DNA of 53,252 nt, from positions 1 to 53,252 of IMG/VR virus record IMGVR_UViG_3300020470_000013, one strand, 5' to 3'. Numbering within the stretch: position 1 is the first letter of the stretch; every line of letters begins with the position of its first letter. This stretch comes from a virus (lineage: Duplodnaviria; Caudoviricetes). Shown here in pieces: positions 34,172 to 44,637 of the stretch. The notes beneath the pieces were generated by a model. The model was not told where the DNA came from. It did no database searches and saw only the letters and a list, made by a program, of their open reading frames with translations. A program made the translations under genes and the position numbers.

Positions 34172-37100
34172 TACGGTTGGCATTTTCAATATCATTTACA
34201 GCCATTAAATTTTTAACGGTCGTATTATACTTTTTAGCAATACTTCCCATTGTATCGCCTCTACCTACAACTATACTGCGACCACCACCGCTTCTTAAAT
34301 TTTCTGTTGGCCCTAAATTAAGGCGTGTTTTAAATCTATTAACTGGTAGATGTTTATTTGCTTTTCCTAAACCCCATCTAACCCAATCATAAAGTACACC
34401 ACCGTCTGTTATATTAAAAGATTCTGGCATTGGTTTTGGGTTATAATCATATATATCTGTTAAATATGTATTACCATCTTTTTCATGGATTAAACTACCT
34501 CCACCTATAGATGTACCAGCTTGTTGTGAACCAGTTAATGAACCTTTCCCACCTAAAAGTTTTGATATAAAACCTTTATCTCTTCCAACTTTAGATTGAT
34601 AAGTAACCAGCCCTCTTAAATTATCACCATCTTGGTAATCTTCATACGTAATTGTATCTATAAGACTTTGAGGTCTATTCTTATTATTCATTACTTTCAT
34701 AGCAGCTAATCTTACACCTTCAATAGTTTCATCATTATAATCTTCATTAGTTAACAATTTTTTATTACCAAATAAATAATTAGCTAAGTTAGATCTTGTT
34801 TGATTTACAGGTTTATTTTGTATTTCTGCACTATGTATTGCTTGTATATCTTCTACTAATTTCTTTTCATCTTTTTCTTTTTTACCACTATTAAAGAATG
34901 ATTGAACAGCACCTTTAAGTGCTGAAGTATCTGTTAATGGCACAGGTTCTCTTACAATTATATTACTTTTCTTTTGTTGTTGTCTTCGTTGTTCTATTTG
35001 CTTTAAAACTTGTTTCTCTCGTTCTTTTGCCGCAGCAATATTTTTCCTGGCTTGCTCTTCAATATTAGTTAGAATATTTTGTGTTGTTCTTCGTTGTGTT
35101 GGCGGCTTACGAATAGACTGCACTGGTCTATCTACTCTTGTAATTTTTTCTTGCTGCGGTTGTACTTTTTGTCGTGGTATATATATTTTATCACCTGCAC
35201 GAATCTTATTAATATCTTTTATCCTATTTAATTCTGCAATTTCTTCTACACTTCTACCAAACTCTTGAGCAATTTGACTAAGTGTGTCTCCACGTTTAAT
35301 TTCACGTAACCACATTGCAGGTTCTTTTTGTGGACGTAATAAATTAAACCATCCTTTTGCTGCCATAACTCTTCCCCCTTGATTCATACCAAACCTAGCA
35401 TCTTCTACATCATATTTAAGTGCATTCTCTGCTTTAAACTGTTGAGGTCTAAAAACAATATAAGACCAATGCCTATCTTTACCTTCAATAGATGTTTCAA
35501 TATAAGCTTCTTCTTCTGGAAAAGGTTTAAATTGTTTTTTAACTTCTTCAAAATTATATAAATGATCTGTATCTACATCAAAGCTAGGCTCAACATCATT
35601 AATATATTTTATACCATCAAAACCAAATGAACTTAACCATCTTTGAAAATCAAGATTTAATTGCCATTCAGCCATGTCTACTAATAATCTATCTTTAAAT
35701 TTTCCTTCGGGAGATACACCATCAATAGCCATAGCTTGACCAGCATCTAATCTGCTTATTATTGCTTCATCTTTTTCTGATAAACCAGCCCTCCACATTG
35801 CCAGTTCATTAGCAATAGTATCTTCATCTACATCTCGTGACGGATCTAATATTTTCTGTTGTTTCTTAAAAGTTTTTGGTAGTAGTTCTGGTTTAAATTT
35901 TGGTGAAACTTTGTCAGGTTTCGGAGGTAATGGTAGCCCCATTTGTTTTGCCATATCAACAGCCATTTCATATTCTGAATCTTTTGGAGCTTTCGGCATC
36001 CCAAATTTCTCATAAGATAACTGTTTATATTCGTTAATTTTATTAGCTCTTGCTTGTAATTCTTTAAGTCTTTCCATTTGTTCTGGACTATAAGGTAAAG
36101 GACTAGAATCTGATACGTTTTTATGCCCTAAAGATCTTGCAATATTTTTATGAAAATTATGCATCCCATCACCATAAGACAAAATAGGTAAAGCTTCCCA
36201 TGTTCCATTTTCTTTATAAGGAAAAATTAAAGGTTTTCTAATACGAATATAACCCTTAACAATTTGATGAGGTTTTTCAGGAGTTTCAGGATTTCTAAGT
36301 CTAGCATATCCTTCGGCATGTGTATTTGCTTCATCAATAGTTGCAGTTTGATATTCCCTACCAGAAAGAAGTAATCTCTCATCATCTAAAATATTTGGAT
36401 CACCCCACATATCTGTTTGTTGATAATCAAAAGGTGCATCATCTATTTGAGAATCGCCATGATAATAATTTTCTCTTTCCCAGGCTTTCCTACTTTTAAT
36501 TTTTCTAGTAACAAAAGTTCCCTCATCTTTTAATTCTTGTACTTGTTTTTTTGCTATTAATGCCCAAGCTTGTCCAGCTGTTCCTAGATGCAATCCAATT
36601 TCATTTGGTGAATTTAATCTAGGGTCCCATCCAAGATACCAACCACTAGAAGAACTTCTATAAACAGGAACAAGTACGGTGCTTGAACCTAGAAAATCTT
36701 CTCGTGCTGCTAATCTCATGTCTTCGGGTAAAGCCTTATCAGGATCTACAGCCCACTGTTGTTCTAAAGCTGCGTACCAATCTTCAGTTTCATCATCAAT
36801 ATATTTTGGAATCTGTTGCCGCACTCCTGTAACATCAGGCTGCGGATATTCCTGTCGAAAGCCTTTAGTCAACGGATGATTTTTTAATAAATGATATGCT
36901 GACTTTCTAAAATAATTTTGAGCTTCTTCAGTTAACATATCAAAACCGTCCAGACGATTTAATTGTGCATTTATAAATGGAAGAAACATATCATCTTCTA
37001 TTTCAACACCAAGATCTTCTTCAATATATTTAAAATTATTTAAAATTTTTGAATGCTTTCCTTTACTTCTTAATAAGCTTTTTATTTCTGTAAAAATTTC

Positions 37101-37466
37101 TCCATCTTCATCTATTTCATCGCTTATATTTTTTAATTGTTTTTGTTCGGTAGCTTCTGCTATTAGTTGAGCTAGTTGTTCATCCTTCATATCTTTATTT
37201 GGAATAGCACGATCAAGTAAATGTGGTTTAAATTCACGCCTATGAATTCTTTCCATATAGTCTATCTGTTTGTCTGTTACGTCTTCTTGTATACCTCTAT
37301 TTTTATTTACCGTTTTAACAACATCAATCATTTCAGAAGCCGTATCATCTGCAATAGATGACGGAAAAATTTCTTGCGTATTCTGATGTAGTTTAGATGA
37401 CAAAGCTTCTACAACTTCTGTACCTCCGGCAACTAACGCTTTAGTTATTGGTGCAACTATTGACAT
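34140..37466 (-). CDS. Internal virion/ejection protein with ADP-ribosyltransferase-like (ART-PolyVal-like) region and two LysM domains
   Basis: VYR / GLHLGT / GYIRIRKPL / GFDGIKY.N..E / SYIVFRPQQFK motifs; LysM IKRGDTLSQIA...I.AGDKIYIP and VGRGDTMGSIAKKY...IGDVLNI. Confidence 0.7.
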   Translation of the reverse strand: MSIVAPITKALVAGGTEVVEALSSKLHQNTQEIFPSSIADDTASEMIDVVKTVNKNRGIQEDVTDKQIDYMERIHRREFKPHLLDRAIPNKDMKDEQLAQLIAEATEQKQLKNISDEIDEDGEIFTEIKSLLRSKGKHSKILNNFKYIEEDLGVEIEDDMFLPFINAQLNRLDGFDMLTEEAQNYFRKSAYHLLKNHPLTKGFRQEYPQPDVTGVRQQIPKYIDDETEDWYAALEQQWAVDPDKALPEDMRLAAREDFLGSSTVLVPVYRSSSSGWYLGWDPRLNSPNEIGLHLGTAGQAWALIAKKQVQELKDEGTFVTRKIKSRKAWERENYYHGDSQIDDAPFDYQQTDMWGDPNILDDERLLLSGREYQTATIDEANTHAEGYARLRNPETPEKPHQIVKGYIRIRKPLIFPYKENGTWEALPILSYGDGMHNFHKNIARSLGHKNVSDSSPLPYSPEQMERLKELQARANKINEYKQLSYEKFGMPKAPKDSEYEMAVDMAKQMGLPLPPKPDKVSPKFKPELLPKTFKKQQKILDPSRDVDEDTIANELAMWRAGLSEKDEAIISRLDAGQAMAIDGVSPEGKFKDRLLVDMAEWQLNLDFQRWLSSFGFDGIKYINDVEPSFDVDTDHLYNFEEVKKQFKPFPEEEAYIETSIEGKDRHWSYIVFRPQQFKAENALKYDVEDARFGMNQGGRVMAAKGWFNLLRPQKEPAMWLREIKRGDTLSQIAQEFGRSVEEIAELNRIKDINKIRAGDKIYIPRQKVQPQQEKITRVDRPVQSIRKPPTQRRTTQNILTNIEEQARKNIAAAKEREKQVLKQIEQRRQQQKKSNIIVREPVPLTDTSALKGAVQSFFNSGKKEKDEKKLVEDIQAIHSAEIQNKPVNQTRSNLANYLFGNKKLLTNEDYNDETIEGVRLAAMKVMNNKNRPQSLIDTITYEDYQDGDNLRGLVTYQSKVGRDKGFISKLLGGKGSLTGSQQAGTSIGGGSLIHEKDGNTYLTDIYDYNPKPMPESFNITDGGVLYDWVRWGLGKANKHLPVNRFKTRLNLGPTENLRSGGGRSIVVGRGDTMGSIAKKYNTTVKNLMAVNDIENANRIKIGDVLNIG

Positions 37467-37479
37467 TCATAATCTCCTA

Positions 37480-40400
37480 TTATGGTGCAAATCTTCGATG
37501 TTCGTTTGATGGATATTCATCTACAATAGCTCCAAAAATTTCTGAATCTATTTTTCTAGCAGCCCTTCTGTAATTACGCATTGCTTCTGCTCCAAAAATA
37601 GTTTTACCTAAACTATATAATGGAACTTTTTGTGAAGCAATGGTAGCAACTTTTCCATCAGCAAGTTGTAACATATCTGTACCAATCGGGCCAGCTATAC
37701 TAGCAGGTAAAGCCATTGGATTATTTAAATACATGGCAGAGTTCATTCCTCTTATCGCAACATCACCGATAACTGATTGTCCACCCCATCTTGCAGCAGC
37801 TTGTATAGCCATATCTATAGGCTCTTTATCTTCCCAACCTTCACCACGATCCCTGACATAATTAGCAAAACCAGCTACCGTTGTTAGTAATAATGCAGTT
37901 GGTATAAGTCTTGCCGCTGCTTCACCTCTGTCTCGCATCATTTGTTTTGCAGCACCTTTTAAAATTGTATTTGTAAATGCTGTTGGATAACCCATTAACT
38001 GACCAAATACAGGTCGGGTAGTCTGTTTAAATATACCACCAATACCACTAGTCATTGCTCTAGGTTTAACACCTGCTGATCTTGAAACATCAAGAATAAT
38101 ATTTCTAGAATAACGAGCAGCCCCATTTAAAATATTTGAAACATACCAATTGCTTTTTGTATTTTTTCCTTCTTGTAACCAACGTACTGCTTCAGTAGAA
38201 TCAATACCTAAATCAGCAAGCCTATCTTTTGCAATTTGCACATGCTTACTAATAGGTGCATCACCATGTTGAGCTACTGTTGTTACATAGTCTAGGATCA
38301 TATTCTTGCCACTTATAAATGCTGTCGCTTGATTAAACCTAGTCCATTGATCTAACATATTTGCTCTAAAAAATTGATTACTAACTTTTTGTAGTTCAGG
38401 ATTTCCTATAGCTTCCCCTGCTAATCTATCTGTCATTGTTGAAAGAGCAACTTCCATATCAAGACCAAATCGTTGTAATTCAAGCCAGGCTTCCTTCGGT
38501 GTCAAACCCCAATTATCTACAAGATCTTTATGTTGATCATCTGTCATTTTTTTAAAGTTAGTATTAAAGGCATCACGAAAACCTTTTACCGCTTTGTCGG
38601 ATTTCATTTGTCCAAGATTTAAAAAAATCTCAGTTATACTAGAAGGAGTTGCAAAGCCTAATAAAGCTAAACGATTTGTTAAACCATAACCATCACTACC
38701 TAATCCTGAAGGCGATAATCCTGTACCAGTTAATCCATTATATAGATCCATTAATCTAGCTTTTTCACGATCACTTAACTTTCTACCTTGCTTTCTCATG
38801 TCTCCTTCTATTTTTGAAATCCAAACATCATTAAATGATTTTGCATCTGTTACACCTAAAATTCTTTTCTGCGCTAAAATATTTGATGCTCCTTCTATGT
38901 AACGCATAAATCCTAACTTAACATCTGAATTTAAAAACTCTTGATAATCTGCATCACTTTCTAATTCATTAAAAGATCTTTTATTTAAAAAGAAAGAACC
39001 TTGATTACCTGCCGGAGTTGCATGATTTTGAATATCTAACATCTCCTCAACCAGTTTATAAGCTGACTTCATATCAGGTGCTTGTTCATCCCGAACTAGT
39101 AATTTAGCAAGACCCTCTCTATTATTTTCAATTGCCGATCTACTCCATTCTCTAGGAATATAATCAGGAATTTTTTTAAAGTCTGGTTTAGCTTCTTCTA
39201 GTAGATCACCGATATTACTATATAATAATTTCATTCGGGCTGCGGCTACATTTACTTCTTTAGAAAAACTTTTACCTTTAGAGGGTTGACCACGCATTGC
39301 TAAAATTAATTCATTATTTATTTGATCTGGTAGTCCCATTACATCTTCATGTGTATATTTTAATGATGGAATCCATTCTCGTTTTTGAACCTCTAATAGA
39401 TCTTCATTAATGCGTAAAAATTCATATGCAAGATTACCATAAATTTTATGTTGTGCTTCACTTAAATCTTCAGTAACAATTTCTTGTCCTTTAGTCCAAC
39501 CGATTTGATATTCTTTTGTAATTCGATTTGCAAGAACAGTTGCGTGAGGCGACACATCCATGTACGGACTTAAAAATGCTGTAGCTTTTCCAAAAGCAAA
39601 TTTAGAAATAAAGGTTGTAAACGGTCTTGCCAATGCAAAACGTATAGCATTTAATCTATTACCTTCTGTTTTCTTTCCAGCGGCAGCTAAAAGATCTGAT
39701 AGTATTTTATCTTGTTGCTCCTGAGAACCACCAATTATTTCTATATAATCTTGAAACGCTTGCGAATCTTGAAGGACTGCTTCAGAAACATTAGGATCGT
39801 TAATTAGTTCCTGTAGTTCATCAAATGCTTTTTGCGTTGCTTCATTTATTTCTGGCCCCATTTGTGCAGGAAGACGTATACGAGGCTTTCCAAGATCTAA
39901 AGCTTCTTGAGTTCCACCTACATCTTCTAAAGGTAAACCTATTTGAGAATCTGCATCCCAAGCAACAGCTAAACTTTCTGCCGCAATATTTTCATTAGGC
40001 TCATCTAAATCTAAAGTAAACTGTTCAACTTCTGCTTGTTGTTCTAAATCAGATTTATTCCACCAGGCATTTATTTTACCGCCAGCCCAACCTGCACCTT
40101 TTGTTAAACCATAACCAATAGTTCCTCCTGCTATTGTATCTAAAGCAATACGATTATAATTATAATCAGTTCGAGCATCAGCAGCAATTTCAACTTTTTG
40201 TTGTAATGTTTGAGCAGCCCCACCTTCGATTGAACCATAAACTGCACCAAAAGTTGCAGGTTTTTTAGCAACGTCTACAGCTTTTGCTAATCCTCTTTTA
40301 GCAATTTCAGATCCTGGCAAACGCCCTGCTAATCCTTTTGTAGCTGCTTGTTGTGCAGCGGCTCTTGCAGCGGCATATGTTGCCGTTAAAGCACCACCTG

Positions 40401-40944
40401 TTGTACCACCAGTAAACAATGAACCAACTGCTGCTAAAGCTGTTGCTGCCATTTCAGGACTAGCTAGTAAATCGGTTACATAATCTTTAACCATTTCTGC
40501 ATGTTCGCCAACACCTGTTATATTAGCCCGATCAAAATCTTCTTTTAAATCCATGTAAGCAGATTTAATATTTGAAGGTGCATCCTCTAAAATCTTAGCA
40601 TCTGAATAAAGAGTAGATAATCTTATAACTCTGTCTCGCATGAATTCAGATATATCATCATTACCACCCCACGCACCAAAATCCCACAAATGTTTTTTAT
40701 CTTTAAAATATTCTGAAAGTAAATCCATTCGTTCTATATTACGAGGATTATTTTCAAAATCTGTTACCGTATAAAGGTCATCAGCTTGAGCAGGATCAGT
40801 TGGCGCAACATAATTTTTAGTTCTTTGATCATGTGGAACTCCTGTACCATGATCAAAACCATACTCAGGTATATTTGATTGCCCTGCTCTTTTAATATCT
40901 GAAATACGAACAGGTTCCCATTTGTCTGGAACTCTAGTAGTCAA
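37480..40944 (-). CDS. Large internal virion (ejection) protein
   Basis: 1154 aa helical, Gly/Ala-rich membrane-like segments, DYIPREW motif; in a cluster of large late genes. Confidence 0.65.
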   Translation of the reverse strand: MTTRVPDKWEPVRISDIKRAGQSNIPEYGFDHGTGVPHDQRTKNYVAPTDPAQADDLYTVTDFENNPRNIERMDLLSEYFKDKKHLWDFGAWGGNDDISEFMRDRVIRLSTLYSDAKILEDAPSNIKSAYMDLKEDFDRANITGVGEHAEMVKDYVTDLLASPEMAATALAAVGSLFTGGTTGGALTATYAAARAAAQQAATKGLAGRLPGSEIAKRGLAKAVDVAKKPATFGAVYGSIEGGAAQTLQQKVEIAADARTDYNYNRIALDTIAGGTIGYGLTKGAGWAGGKINAWWNKSDLEQQAEVEQFTLDLDEPNENIAAESLAVAWDADSQIGLPLEDVGGTQEALDLGKPRIRLPAQMGPEINEATQKAFDELQELINDPNVSEAVLQDSQAFQDYIEIIGGSQEQQDKILSDLLAAAGKKTEGNRLNAIRFALARPFTTFISKFAFGKATAFLSPYMDVSPHATVLANRITKEYQIGWTKGQEIVTEDLSEAQHKIYGNLAYEFLRINEDLLEVQKREWIPSLKYTHEDVMGLPDQINNELILAMRGQPSKGKSFSKEVNVAAARMKLLYSNIGDLLEEAKPDFKKIPDYIPREWSRSAIENNREGLAKLLVRDEQAPDMKSAYKLVEEMLDIQNHATPAGNQGSFFLNKRSFNELESDADYQEFLNSDVKLGFMRYIEGASNILAQKRILGVTDAKSFNDVWISKIEGDMRKQGRKLSDREKARLMDLYNGLTGTGLSPSGLGSDGYGLTNRLALLGFATPSSITEIFLNLGQMKSDKAVKGFRDAFNTNFKKMTDDQHKDLVDNWGLTPKEAWLELQRFGLDMEVALSTMTDRLAGEAIGNPELQKVSNQFFRANMLDQWTRFNQATAFISGKNMILDYVTTVAQHGDAPISKHVQIAKDRLADLGIDSTEAVRWLQEGKNTKSNWYVSNILNGAARYSRNIILDVSRSAGVKPRAMTSGIGGIFKQTTRPVFGQLMGYPTAFTNTILKGAAKQMMRDRGEAAARLIPTALLLTTVAGFANYVRDRGEGWEDKEPIDMAIQAAARWGGQSVIGDVAIRGMNSAMYLNNPMALPASIAGPIGTDMLQLADGKVATIASQKVPLYSLGKTIFGAEAMRNYRRAARKIDSEIFGAIVDEYPSNEHRRFAP

Positions 40945-42553
40945 TTGTTTCTCCTAAATAAGTATGTTGCTGGCGTTCAGTAGGGGATGCTATACTCCTT
41001 AATATTTTAAGATAGTTTGTATGTCCAAATAATTTAGGATTACTTGCTATAAAACTTAATACTCTTTGTTGATACATAGGAGAATTATTTTTAAATTTTG
41101 ATGCAAAAACATCCAGTTTTCTACTAAGTATTTCTTGTTGTTTAGAATTTAAATCTATACCTAAATCTTCGGTTGCTGCCTTAAACAAAATAGGATTATC
41201 ATACTGCCCATTAATTAAATTTGCAGTAGTGTGTATTTCTTTTAAATCTTCATCACTAGTCCATGACCATCCAAATATCTTTGACCTTTCCGCTACAGTA
41301 AGTTTCTTTGGATCATCCATAAGAAAAGCTAATGTATGTTGTCTAGCAGCAATTTTTTGTGCGTCAGCAGTTTGCATACCATAAGTTTTTCTATTTGCAC
41401 GATCAAGTAATGCAAGTATACCATAATGATGTGCATCTAAATCATCGCTTTTTTTCTTTTCTAATGTTTGATTATTTTCATAAGGTTTTAATTTTTCTTT
41501 TGTATGTTCGTAAAATTTTTGTCTATCATGCTTTGAAATAGATTCACTATGAAACCATCCTCTAGCAGCAGTTCTCTGGTCTTTTAATTTGTCACTACTA
41601 GGAGTTAAATCTGTTCCAAAACCAATAGAATTATCATCACCACCAAATACTGCAATATCCACAGTTTGCTTACTAATCGGATCTTTAGTTATTACTATAG
41701 GTCTATCAACACCTAAGTCATCTGGTTTCCAAACAATTTCTTCATCTAATGGTAATGTTGGTAAAGCTTCCAAATTATCTCCATATTGTCTTTTCATAAA
41801 CTTCTGTAATGTAAGAGCAAGTTGTGGACTATTACCTTTTATTAAATGCTCATCATAAAGTTTATTATAATTTGTATATCTTCCTGTCATTGCACTTATT
41901 GCTCTATCTGCTTTAATAATATGAGCAGGATCAACTGGTTCACCTCTAAAATTTAACCATCTTCCTACTTCACCAAGCCGTCTAATAGCCATTGCTCTGT
42001 TTTCTTTTGTTGCACGTTTCCAGTTAGCATTAAATATTTCACTATTTGCACCTGTACCTGCAATAAGTTTCTGTGCTTCTTCAGTTAATCTAATATCTTT
42101 GTTATACAATGCTTCAAAATTTTCATCAGCAAGATCTCTGGCTGCATTTAAAATTTCAGTTGAATCATAACCAGTACCCACTAATCTTGTAATTGCTGGT
42201 ACAAAATATTCTGTAGTATAATGATCTTTATACCATTCTCTTGCGCCACCTTTATGTGCTTCAGCTAATTTAGCGTTTTCTACTTGTGTTGTAGCTCTAG
42301 CTAATGCATTATCTTTTAATTGTGTATTTGCCAGATACGCTTCATTAGCTTGCCATTCGGCTGTACGTTGTTCTAAACCAACATCCGTTCCTGCTCTAAA
42401 TAAAAAACCTAAAGCTTCCGCAGCGGCTTGTTTGTTTGCTGCTTTCTTTTCACGCCTTCGTGCTGCTGCTTCCTGTTCTCGTTGATAAGAACGAACATTA
42501 GATAAAATTTGTGGAGCTTGTTCATGTGCAGGTAGCGACTTATCTATAGCCAT
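40934..42553 (-). CDS. Internal virion protein (putative)
   Basis: 539 aa helical ORF in the ejection cluster. Confidence 0.55.
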   Translation of the reverse strand: MAIDKSLPAHEQAPQILSNVRSYQREQEAAARRREKKAANKQAAAEALGFLFRAGTDVGLEQRTAEWQANEAYLANTQLKDNALARATTQVENAKLAEAHKGGAREWYKDHYTTEYFVPAITRLVGTGYDSTEILNAARDLADENFEALYNKDIRLTEEAQKLIAGTGANSEIFNANWKRATKENRAMAIRRLGEVGRWLNFRGEPVDPAHIIKADRAISAMTGRYTNYNKLYDEHLIKGNSPQLALTLQKFMKRQYGDNLEALPTLPLDEEIVWKPDDLGVDRPIVITKDPISKQTVDIAVFGGDDNSIGFGTDLTPSSDKLKDQRTAARGWFHSESISKHDRQKFYEHTKEKLKPYENNQTLEKKKSDDLDAHHYGILALLDRANRKTYGMQTADAQKIAARQHTLAFLMDDPKKLTVAERSKIFGWSWTSDEDLKEIHTTANLINGQYDNPILFKAATEDLGIDLNSKQQEILSRKLDVFASKFKNNSPMYQQRVLSFIASNPKLFGHTNYLKILRSIASPTERQQHTYLGETIDY

Positions 42554-42563
42554 TTAAATATCC

Positions 42564-43133
42564 TCATTTACTCATTAAACTTTTAGGTTCGTCTAAAAGA
42601 CTTTGTATTTTTTCTTTTGGAATTTCTTTAATATCTTCTAAAACATCTGAAGGAACAGCACCTGCTGGTGGGTTCTTTATTTTCTCTTCGATGTTATCTA
42701 GTTTAGATAGTTCTATCCGTTGTTTAAAATCCATACCTTTAGTTTTTTCTTCATAATCTTCTAATATTTCATCGTTCTCATCTTCAAAAACAGGATCAAT
42801 ACCTGCTCTTTCCGCTAAAGCAAGAAGCATATACATTAAAGGTTCTGTTAATAACATCATTAAATTAGGGTCCCATTTGCCTTCATTAAAACCAACAAAT
42901 AAAATACTTTTAACAATATTCATTAAAGGTACTTCGTTATCAATCATTTTAATAACTTCAGTATAACCATCATCTTCAATTAAATTACCCCACATAAATC
43001 GTATTGCCGTATGAACGTCTGTAAATTCAGGCGGCCCTTCAAACGGATATGGATTTTCAGGGGAATTAGTTAAAGAATGACCCGGAACAGGGAACAATCC
43101 TTTTTGATTAATTTCTGCTATTTCTGGGTTCAT
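42564..43133 (-). CDS. Conserved late protein
   Basis: PVPGHSLT..P...PFE.PP.F, GF.EGKW.P.LMMLL.EP pattern. Confidence 0.6.
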   Translation of the reverse strand: MNPEIAEINQKGLFPVPGHSLTNSPENPYPFEGPPEFTDVHTAIRFMWGNLIEDDGYTEVIKMIDNEVPLMNIVKSILFVGFNEGKWDPNLMMLLTEPLMYMLLALAERAGIDPVFEDENDEILEDYEEKTKGMDFKQRIELSKLDNIEEKIKNPPAGAVPSDVLEDIKEIPKEKIQSLLDEPKSLMSK

Positions 43134-44620
43134 TGTGAAACACCTGCTACATTTTGTTGGTAAGCTGGACTAGCTCTGAAATCTTCTGCCCACTGTTGCC
43201 AATCATACCAAATAGAATTAGCACCGTAATTATTTCCTTGTTGTATATTATATAAATAATCTGCTGCACTTGCAGTTGTATTTTGAACCGCACCAAATGA
43301 TTCAGCTAAAGGAAGTTGTGGTAATACTACACTACTGCTATAGGCATTACCCACTTCAGGATCACCATAAATAGCTTTATTCATAAGACCACTAGCTGCA
43401 CTTCCTACTGCCATACTTACAAATTCATCACCTTTACCAACTAAATATGAACCAAACTTTGAAGGATCTTTAATCGTATCTGTTACTTCTCCTATCGCAG
43501 TACCTGCATAATCCGTAACACTTTTAAAGAAACCGGGTTGCTTTTCTCCCATTAAACTACTTGCTGTAGCTGATGGGGCTGCGTCCAAATTAAGAGTATC
43601 CATAGCTCTTTCGCCTATGGTATTTACATCTGTTACATCTCTTGTTGCATCTAATAAAGAGTCATAGCTTTTTACGTCAGGCATCTCTACAGTTTTAGGA
43701 AGCAGGTTATCCATATCAGCCATATCATATGTCTTATCAAAGAAACCATCTGCTTCCATTTTATTTAAAGTAAAGTCTTTCATTAACCCTTGTGTACCTC
43801 CAGATTGAGCAGCCATATTATCTATAAATGATTGTCCTGCGTCAAACTGTTCGGCTGAAATATTTAAATCTTTTAAACCTATATCAGCAAACTTTCCTTC
43901 AAGATTTTTTACCGTTAAGTCAGGGCCGCCTGGTATTTTCATTGCTTCTGATATATCAGGAGTTTTAAATTGTGTCACTCCTTTATCTACTACACCTTCT
44001 AATCCTTGAGTAATCGCTTTTTGCATTGCAGCTTCTTGTGCTTTTCGTTCACCATATGTAGCTGTAAAAGTATCACTAGTAAATAAACCTTTATCTCCTA
44101 TTAAACCTGTTTTACCCACAAAATCATGTTTTATACCTGCGAACATTTTGTGAATGTCTCCAGTTAATTTACCTTTACCAAATGCATATTTTTCAAAATT
44201 AAAAGCTTTAGGATGTGCTGCACCAGTTAGCGGATCAGGCATTCTACCTGTAAGTTTATTTAAAGCTCCATCAATATTTAAAGCTTCTGCAACTCCACCT
44301 AGTGTATTTTTTAATACATCCGTAACACCTTTAGTTAAAGTTTTAAAAGGCTTCATCATTTTTGAGCCAATATTAGTAGCTACTTGTAAAAATTTACCTG
44401 CGCCTTGAACAATAGATGAAGCAAAACCACTATAGTTTACCATAGCGTTAGATAACATGCCCATTAATTCCCCGACCCCTGGTAACATTAATGCCATAGC
44501 AGCTTGACCAACTATTCCAATTTTATCCATAAACTTTCCAAATCTTTTAACAACACTACCTACAGCTTTACCTATAAAACTGGTTCTGATTCCTTTCCAT
44601 ACTTTACTAAAAAATCCCAT
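43130..44620 (-). CDS. Internal virion (pilot/ejection-like) protein
   Basis: MGFFSKVWKGI amphipathic N-terminus, Gly/Ala-rich hydrophobic segment. Confidence 0.6.
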   Translation of the reverse strand: MGFFSKVWKGIRTSFIGKAVGSVVKRFGKFMDKIGIVGQAAMALMLPGVGELMGMLSNAMVNYSGFASSIVQGAGKFLQVATNIGSKMMKPFKTLTKGVTDVLKNTLGGVAEALNIDGALNKLTGRMPDPLTGAAHPKAFNFEKYAFGKGKLTGDIHKMFAGIKHDFVGKTGLIGDKGLFTSDTFTATYGERKAQEAAMQKAITQGLEGVVDKGVTQFKTPDISEAMKIPGGPDLTVKNLEGKFADIGLKDLNISAEQFDAGQSFIDNMAAQSGGTQGLMKDFTLNKMEADGFFDKTYDMADMDNLLPKTVEMPDVKSYDSLLDATRDVTDVNTIGERAMDTLNLDAAPSATASSLMGEKQPGFFKSVTDYAGTAIGEVTDTIKDPSKFGSYLVGKGDEFVSMAVGSAASGLMNKAIYGDPEVGNAYSSSVVLPQLPLAESFGAVQNTTASAADYLYNIQQGNNYGANSIWYDWQQWAEDFRASPAYQQNVAGVSQ

Positions 44621-44637
44621 TTGTTTCTCCTACTAAT

